A stretch of 64,000 nucleotides of DNA from Enoplolaimus lenunculus (Eukaryota). Below the pieces are notes generated by a model. The model was not told where the DNA came from. It saw only the letters and a list, made by a program, of their open reading frames with translations, and did no database searches. Positions 55,651-64,000 of this stretch are shown one piece after another. Each line of letters begins with the position of its first letter. Position 1 is the first letter of the stretch. The stretch lies in assembly GCA_030248215.1 (NCBI GenBank), contig JASANG010001128.1, positions 248,001-312,000 on the forward strand, given 5' to 3'. A program made the position numbers and the translations under genes.

Positions 55651-58276
55651 AATGCAACAATCACCAAATATCCTCGATTTGTTTTAAGTACACCCCATCC
55701 GTTGAAAAACGCCAAGTTCTGAGAGTTCATCTGTTTGTTGCTAAATAATAACACTTGTGTGGCTTATAGTTTAATCGAGCTGTGAATATCGATAAATTCG
55801 TTGAGTTGTTTAAGTTATTGTGAAAATTGTATAAAAATACTTTATGGCCGTTATGGGTCATCCACGTAATACTGTCTACGCTACTGTAAAAAATTGTCCA
55901 CACCCCTGGTTTCAAGGGCTGGACAAAACGACATTGTTCTTACGATGTTAAGACTTTACACAAGGTGTACCTAGCTAGTTCGTTTTGGTAGTAGTCCCTT
56001 CGAAGGGACTAAGGACAAATTAGACACTGTCTGGACACAGTGTCTGACATCGGGACGTCAGAAAAAGAGATTGTTGACAGTCCACAGCCCGTAACTGGGG
56101 CTTGTTTTAAAAACGTTGCTGTGAATAAACGCTCCTGCGTCATAGTCTGTTCAGAAACCAGTCTGGGGGCATTTTTAGACTGTATCTTTAAATTGTTCCA
56201 TGAAAGCCGCAGCCGGAGACAATCTCTAGAAAAGTACAAATTTTATGGAAAAGTTTAGTGCTTGTACTGTTTTAATTCGAATTTTAGCGTAACTTTTTGT
56301 ACATACTGTACATATATACATAGGTTTAGCAGTAGTTGATAGTTTTGTAATGACTGGTCGTGGTCGCGGGTTAATTTCTCATCGTTCAGGAAGGAAGATA
56401 TTTGTACAACAAAATGATCCGCGTTATGAGGTATAATGTGGAACAACTTGTTTTTAAGTTTATCACTGTTAGTTCAAAACTCCTTTTCAGTTAAAATTTG
56501 AATTTGTTTGAAAGAAACGCCGCTTTTGCTATTGTAGAATCAGGTAGCAATGATTCGTGTTCAAGTTTGTATATTGGAAAAGGCTGCCTTGCTTTTGTGC
56601 TGTTAAAAAACTTGTCATTCTTTACTTTATTCGTGCTATTTTTAGCCTTTATGCAGCACAGCCGTGGCGAGACTTCACTTGGGGTGGGGATATTGAACTT
56701 ATATTCGGAAGACTCAATTATTGATATGTGGTCCTACCTTTTGTGCAATTCTCGTGATTGACCTGCTGTCAGAGCTCACAATCTGTGTTTATCAGAGCAA
56801 AGTTTTTTCTAATGTTCATGTTCATTTCGTTATAAATGTCTTCTATGCAGGAATCTGTTAGTATTCATGATGAACGAGCATCATCGCGTGATGTGGATGG
56901 AACGGAGGTTTTTTATCCGGTCGCAGGTTATAAAAGAGGTAAGTTTGACAATGCAACGGCAAAACCGTACAGTATTATAAAGTTATCCATCAAATGCGCT
57001 TAAGCAACCTTCAACATTGAACAGGTTTTATTAGTAAATGTAAATTCTAGCGTTGAATAAATAACGTTTGTATGAATGACTGGCAAGAAATTGTCAAGTT
57101 ATGTTCAGCAAGCCAGTTAATAAGTATATGTCAGGCACGTATAGTTTTGCACTAAGTCAATCCGGAATCGATTCAGAAAATGAAACGCTTTTGCGTATTG
57201 AAAACATGTTTTTATGATGCTAAAATTTGACGAACGCTGAAAATAGTTTATTTTCCAGCATCAATTCGAGCTGCCACAGTTCACAAATAGCTTTCTCAAC
57301 AACGGTATTTCAAATGCAAAAAACATTTGAAGTTGCGTTTTATTTTTGACACGATTCCGTAAAGCGCATTAAAAAGTTTTGAATCGTACTTTAGTAGTCA
57401 ATAAATTACTGGACATTTTATATTGATGAAAAAACAGCTTTTATGCTTGTCAGTGAGAACCGCAGAAGACTCAAACAGAAGCACCAATAATCCAGAGACA
57501 TCCAGAGGAACTGTTAGTAATTTTTCCATGTTTGTAATTCATTAGGATTGAAATTGAATAATTAAATTATTTAATTTTGTTGGTAGCCATAAATAACGCT
57601 CGTAGCAACGGGTGTGCACTTTTGAAATACAAAACACCATTAATTAAGACAAACTAAGCTCTAGAAAACATTTTACTAAAATTTGGTTTAAATTTAAAAC
57701 ATTAGAACAGAGCTGACACCCTGGTACTCGTTAGCTTTATTTATTTAACCGTTTTGTTTTTTGATTTGTTTTATTTGGCGAGCTCAGAAATGAATACGGA
57801 CTTTATTTGTAGCTCTAAAATGCATGTTGCTATTTTTAATGGATTCATGGTGTGCGTAACTACAGGAGAACCTAATTTTAGGATTCTGTTTGTGCTGATG
57901 AACAAATAACTTCTTCAAAACGATCATTGTGTGGGGTTGTTAGTACGTTTATTTTTACTTTCCGCGGTGTCGGACCAAACTGTCAGTGACACTAATCGAA
58001 TGTTTCACTCAAAATGTTTTACTTTAATGTAGTATATTACACTTTTCTAAAATTCTGTATTTTCTCATGATTCTAAATAAAATTAATTGAAGCTACATTT
58101 ATAATGATTTGCTTGATTGAACTTTGCTTGATATCAACGTCTTGTTATTTGTTCAACTCAATGTGCTGCACTTTGCTGTACTTACTTATGAGTATTTATG
58201 TAGGTTTTAAGGTTTGTTCTGTAATCTGCCAACGTTTTGCAAATAAAAGAGGGATATATTTGATATTTGCCATTTT

Positions 58277-60211
58277 TAAAATTATTTTGATTGTAGCTGA
58301 AGGTTCGAGTAAAATACCAACCCGGCAGGGTCAACAACTACAATACTATTCGCCAGGAAAGTCACCAAAACAAAAGGTTCGACGACCGCTGGAAGAAGCC
58401 TACGAAACGGACAATTACAGAGATGTATGTTTACTGAATAGTTCACATATCTTTAAATCGTTCAACTGAAGCAAAATTGCTGATTTTTGCTATAACTAAA
58501 ACATCTTGGGCAACTTTGTTCTTATAACAACCGTTAGTTTCATTTTAATACCAACGATTGCTTTTCCCATCAATTCGTATCATCGCAATGGTTGGTTTTA
58601 CCCAAACGCTTATTATTACTCTACTCAAATACTTTTTCTAGTTGAATACTTTACTAGAATTTATGTGTAATTTGCCGAAATTGTCAATTCGTATGTTATC
58701 TTAATTGGTAAATCTATTTTGTTTAGCTTTAAAATATAAAAATGACTATGTTTGTGTTAAATTTTTTTCTGATATTATGTAAAAGCTTTTTTATGGTTTA
58801 AGGTGTACTACTTTAACAGCTTTGAGTTTTGGATGAAAAAAGACGGGACAGCCCTTACAGTAGATGAATTTCGCGCACGCTATTTCGCAGTAGATTCTGG
58901 TGATGTTGACGAAGCAACGGGGGTACCAAAAAAGCTTCTACCTTTCTGGCCTCATGGATACAAACTGCCGCAAGCAGTGGTCGACAATTTTCCAAGTCCC
59001 CACGAGCGGTTTATGAGCATGAGTATGCTTGTTCGGAGAGAACTATACCCTCTGCCAAAACTCAAAAATTACCATAGAGTAGTGATTGTACTTGGTGACA
59101 AAGCCAAAACTATTTTCAACTCATACTTTTCTCAAATTCCAATGAAACAGATCGTGGAGGCGATGGTGGATGATAGAATGCCAAAGAAGCAGTACGTTAC
59201 TTTTAGAACTTCGTTGAAAGCTATTAACCATAAAAGAACAGTTTCGCAAATTTAAATTGGTTTTGTTCTTACATGATTTAGGCACTGTTAGTTGTGATAA
59301 ACTTACAAAAAGTTAGAGACGACAATGCAACACAAATTGGGCGTCACAATTCGATATCTGCTTGGTTTTCAGTTCATACGCAAGAATACTCACATCTATG
59401 TTTGGTTTATACCTACTCTGATTTTGACTTTAGAACTGTAGCACTAGACGAACGTGCGGAGCGACGGGTACGTTCGCTGGATAACCAAATGGCTTTGATG
59501 CGAAGAATTGAAAATGGAGCTGATTCGGCTCATTGCTTGGAACAGCTGCGAAATATAATCATTAATGATAAACGATTTGAAGCTGAACAGCTCTCACAAA
59601 GGGAAAACAAAGTGAGTACAAACTATAAACTGAAAGCTAGTGAACAGTTTTTGCCGCAAAAATTTAAAAATTTGTTTGCCGTTGTAGTTGCTTTGAACAA
59701 TAATATTTCTAGTCATGTGCTGGTTTGTGGGGCACAAGGTAAATTATTTTTCATTATGTAAAGTTTTGAAGCTGTTTCTGCCAAGTGTATTACGATTATC
59801 TAGTACCTACAGTTAGATAACTGCGGAGCTACTCGATTTAAAAGATACTATAGCAAAATCATTGTTGCTGGAGCTGATGTGAATATCAGACAGCTGGAGA
59901 TTCTTATCAACGTCACTGAACTGTGCGTTTTAAGCAGCGCAGTCCGCGAAGATTTTAGCTGTGTTGGCAAGTTTTGCAAAAATGGGATTATTGTTAACTA
60001 AAATAACTAAGAAATACAACGAAAACAGGGTCAACGACATTAGAATGCGTAATAGACACCAACGGTACAACAGAAACAGTAGGTGTCTGATGCGTAAGCA
60101 GGAAACATTTTGGGAATTTCGAAAATAAATCCAGTATCGAATTTTAAACACTCATCTGTGTTGCAGCGAGCTCAACGAATGAAGAAGAAAAAACATGCAG
60201 CGATCACTAAT
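58277..60211 (+). CDS. Multi-exon gene or pseudogene of unknown product (candidate exons ~58277-58424, 58803-59240, 59282-59610, 59688-59738, 59813-60211; further possible exons at 56851-56938 and 60806-60928)
   Basis: Coding-like open frames bounded by AG/GT sites (VYYFNSFEFWMKKDG..., ALLVVINLQKVRDDN...). No domain was recognised and the later exons appear frameshifted. Confidence 0.4.
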
Positions 60212-61222
60212 GTAAGTTTGTTTGTGAAAAATTAAAGCTATTTTTCCATTATTTGTGTACTATTTGGCTTATATTGCGGTAGGTTATGTATATGGTTATT
60301 TGCCTAATAATTCATTATAGTTTTGGTTTAATGTTGCATAGTCACACTGGAAACAGATTTCAAGTGGTTGTTTTTCTGCATTGTAACTTCCACGCCAAAT
60401 TTGCAGCAATTTTGCAATAATTTATTGGAAACTTAAAAGAATATAGTGGTTTGTTGTATATTTCAGGTTTGAACTTGGTTTAGCCTAAAACTAGGTCTCA
60501 TTAACTTCCTGCTTAATCTGTGAGGCATAGTGTGATGATTGTTTGCGAGCATTCGTTTCAAGCTTAAATTTTGGTCTATGACTTGGATTTTTGCGTCCAT
60601 TTCTTATCTTGTTTCACTTTAGCCATGTCTGACAATTGCGCAAAAAAGAATTACTTATCTAGGATCATTTTAGAATTCCATTATTAAATTAGTAGTATTG
60701 CCAATGGTGTGGCATTACAAACTGTTTAAGTGTTAATATAACGAATCTAAATAGCATGTGTTTCTTTTAAACAGCAGCAGTTTTCTCTGCTAAATTGTGA
60801 TTCAGATAACAAATGAAGATATTCCGCTATCAGCATCAGTTATGGTGCACCGTGGAATTCGTGTTGCAAATGTTAACAAGGATTCGTCGTATAACAATGC
60901 AGAAACAAGAAAGCAAGAAATGCAAACAAGTAAGAGTTTCTTAGAAACAAAAGAAATTACTGTTATGGATGTGTTATTCATCTCACAGATTCACGCACAC
61001 CGCGTCAGACACAGGTTGCCGCTGGTCCGCCTCATAGTGTGACCAAAAATCCGTCTCCGGTAAAACATTATCTGTGCAGCATCCATGTCCAAGCGTAGAA
61101 AATGTCAAATATTGTACATGCTACTTTGATCATTTTACATTGTAATTTTGTAGCTAGTTATTATCAGTTAAAGCATGAGCGGACACGAATCTGTGACATT
61201 TTCAAGTAAGTAGTTGGGAAAT

Positions 61223-61296
61223 CGGTAGCGGAGCGGGTTTCATACTTACACCCTTAAGGTTTCTAAGCAGACGCTCTACCACTGCACCATGCAGCC
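61223..61296 (-). pseudogene. Degenerate tRNA-like sequence (tRNA pseudogene or SINE head)
   Basis: GGCTGCATGGTGCAGTGGTAGAGCGTCTGCTTAGAAA... has an A-box/D-arm, but the T-loop/B-box and stems are degenerate. Confidence 0.4.
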
Positions 61297-63223
61297 CGGC
61301 CTTCAACGGCTTTTATCGTCAGTTATATATGCGTCGCCACCAGGGTACGACCGGGTATACTGCTCCGGCAAAAATCATCATTCGGCTCTGGTATTCTACA
61401 CAACCGCATATTCTTGATTGTAAAGTACGTATGCCAAGTCTATTTTAAGCTGTCATTTACGTCTAACATCAGAACTTTTCGCAGTGAGTTTTGTCCAAAC
61501 TAACGGAACAAATAAGCGCCGCCGACGAGCATACATCATGCTGCAAAACATTACTTAGCATGCACAAACGACACATACACGAACATACCTGCCCAGAAGT
61601 TAAGTATCGAATTATTCACGTGTTAACTTTTCACTAGGTTTGCTTTTATCGCCGACTAAATATCGACGTGTATGCTGACTGTCAGCCGAAATTACAAGTG
61701 TAATGCATCAGATAGCATTTGCACATACAACAACGCATATACCTAAATACAAATTTTTCAGTAGGTTGTTTTGCTTGATTGTTTTAAATTTATGCTATTT
61801 GGAGGCAATTATAGAACACATTGTTTCAAGAGGGTGAAAATTTTTTCATTTCAATAAGTTCTTCTGTGGCGAGATAAAGGTGCAAAGACATAGCTAGTAT
61901 TTCACTGCGTTAAAAGATAATTTCGAGTGAAGATTTATTTGAGCCAGCGTAGAGAGCGAGAAACTATTACCATTCCTTTTGGAGAATCTATGTTCGCTTG
62001 AAAATTGTGTAAAATTTACTACCTGGCAATATATCTCAAAGAATTGTGGTGAGATATACATCAGAAGAAGATCATGATCATTTTTATTGAGTTTGGTCCC
62101 AATCAACTCAGGGCTGCAAAGTTATAAAGAAATGATAAAAATCGATAAAAGGGCACATGATGTGCTCGAAGAAATACCGGAATTTTCGGTGATTTCTTAA
62201 CGAAAGTGAAAAATGACATCGACTGTTATCGAAACATCTACGTATCGACGTATCCCTTGCTTCAAACATCTAGGCATATTGGTGTGTGCTTTACATTTAG
62301 TGCATAATTTATAGATGAATGCAAGGCACTTATCCTGTTTTGGTAAATATATTATCGTTGAATAAAATGAACATATATACTGTGCGATATATATGTTTAT
62401 GTTTTACTATGCAACGTAACAACATAGTTAAACGCGAAGGACCAAAACAACCAAATTCAAAGTACTCCATGAACTCGTTGATCCATGGCTAATGCAGTTA
62501 TTGCATCACTGTTTCCGGTTGTTTATTTCAAAGCCATTGGTTAGTTGACAAATGTTACTTTTAGAGTGGGGCTCTAATCTTGTTGTATTCCTTAAGTATA
62601 AATGCATTGTTATGTTTAATTTCGGAACAAAATCTAGATTTCAAAATTGTCCGCATGGATAAATACATTTGTAAAATCATTTTAGTCGGGGTATTTTGTC
62701 GCTATTTATGCAGTATATACCCTGACCCGGAATTTGTTATTGTGAAATACTTGCATTTTCGTGGTAATAAAAGTGACACTTGGACATCCTAGTTGCTCAA
62801 AACATTTTTCTAGTTAAATACGTTTTAGCAACATGTAGGCTTTAGCTTTTATTGTTTACCCGGACCGCGTATCCAGAAGGTTGGAAAAGAAAGGCTGCGT
62901 AATATATTTTTCGTTGTCGTCCGAAATTTACCGGTTTTCGAGAGCCTTACACTGTCCAACGAAAACACAAACGAGGGCTTGTCTTCACGGCTAACGTGTA
63001 TATTTGGTGGATTGTAAGTCTCCGTCTTTTTTATAAAGATTAGTGTGAAACTATCTTTGATTCCCCACTCGCAGCTAGTTTACTTAGTTAATCACTACAG
63101 TTTTAAACTGAATTGGCAAGCGACGGAGCAGAAAAAAATGAACCATAACGTCAAAAAATACCGGAACCGGAAAAAATGCATGTTACCGAAAAATGTATTA
63201 TTGCCCGTCACCGTGCGGCGCCA

Positions 63224-63470
63224 TCCGTCACCCGTTACCCGTTCGGCGCCGTCCGTCACCCGTTCGGCGCCGTCCGTCACCCGTTCGGCGCCGTCCGTCA
63301 CCCGTTCGGCGCCGTCCGTCACCCGTTCGGCGCCGTCCGTCACCCGTTCGGCGCCGTCCGTCACCCGTCCGGCGCCGTCCGTCACCCGTTCGGTGTTGTC
63401 CATCACCCGTACGGCGCCGTCCATCACCGTGCGTCACCCGTACGGCATTGCACGTCACCGTGCGTCAGCC
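63224..63470. repeat. GC-rich 21-bp minisatellite (CCGTCCGTCACCCGTTCGGCG), about 9 copies plus degenerate flanks
   Basis: Directly visible. It accounts for the repetitive ORFs at 63045-63561. Confidence 0.95.
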
Positions 63471-64000
63471 GTATGAAGCCGTCTGTCACCGTACGGCGAG
63501 TATAGCGCAACCCTTAGTCATTAATTTAAATATTCATTTAGGTATGCTAGGGTTCATCTAGATTAGGGTTTGCCTATTGTAATCATTATAGATGGTGAAC
63601 GGACGCGGGCACGTGCAAAAATTTACATTACCTGTATGAGAGGAATAATATATAAAAGTACGTCAATCAGTTCCACGGTAGTTGGCATAAAAGCAAACGA
63701 TGGTTTCAATTTTTTGAGATTTTTAAAAAATATCCGATAATTTGAAATACCGAGGCCTTAGCCAGATGTTGATTTTAAAACCTTGCATACCATTTTGTAT
63801 TTTAGTCCAGTTCCAAAATTGTCAGATCAAAACACAGCGGCGATTTATTTATACCGCAAGTGCTCGGCATGAAGGTCTCGAGTGACGTCATTTGGTTGTA
63901 CTTTTGACAGGTATTGTGTTTTATTTGTTAATGAGGGATTCACGTTATAACTGCAGCAGACGGGTCACGGTTTGTTTGATGTTGATTCGAAGACAACGTT

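Noticed and set aside
61223..61296. Functional tRNA gene
   Set aside because: The anticodon stem and T-loop consensus are broken. It is kept only as a low-confidence tRNA-derived relic.
63045..63561. Repetitive ORFs (SVTRSAP, RRRPSPV, DGAERVT)
   Set aside because: They arise from the 21-bp minisatellite being open in nearly all frames; there is no independent evidence of coding.

Overview
Repeat-rich, AT-rich invertebrate animal genomic DNA. Abundant TTAGGC (nematode-type telomeric) repeats suggest, but do not prove, a nematode host. Three host genes are recognisable: the 5' exons of INPP1 (minus), a two-exon SLC6 transporter (plus) and a 15-exon SIRT2 sirtuin (minus). There is also a full-length U2 snRNA gene. 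Intergenic and intronic space holds many non-autonomous DNA transposons, most notably about 20 copies of a GGCC-ended MITE with 8-bp TSDs that carries TTAGGC repeats. From about 35.7 to 53.3 kb lies a nested mobile-element block. A piggyBac remnant is cut by a TIR-like end and followed by a decayed Maverick/Polinton (adintovirus-like) cassette: an intron-containing NADAR gene, integrase, a small Cys protein, minor capsid, PZ-like protein and major capsid. The major capsid gene is truncated by five tandem ~1.9-kb copies of the 5' part of an L1/Tx1-type LINE. Its ORF1 reads RRM-like region, CCHC knuckle, NADAR domain, followed by the start of an APE-endonuclease ORF2. The array sits just downstream of the U2 gene on the same strand. 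The most notable signal is two independent NADAR (ADP-ribose/N-glycosidase family) captures by unrelated mobile elements at one locus. All family assignments come from motif recognition by eye; no database search was run.
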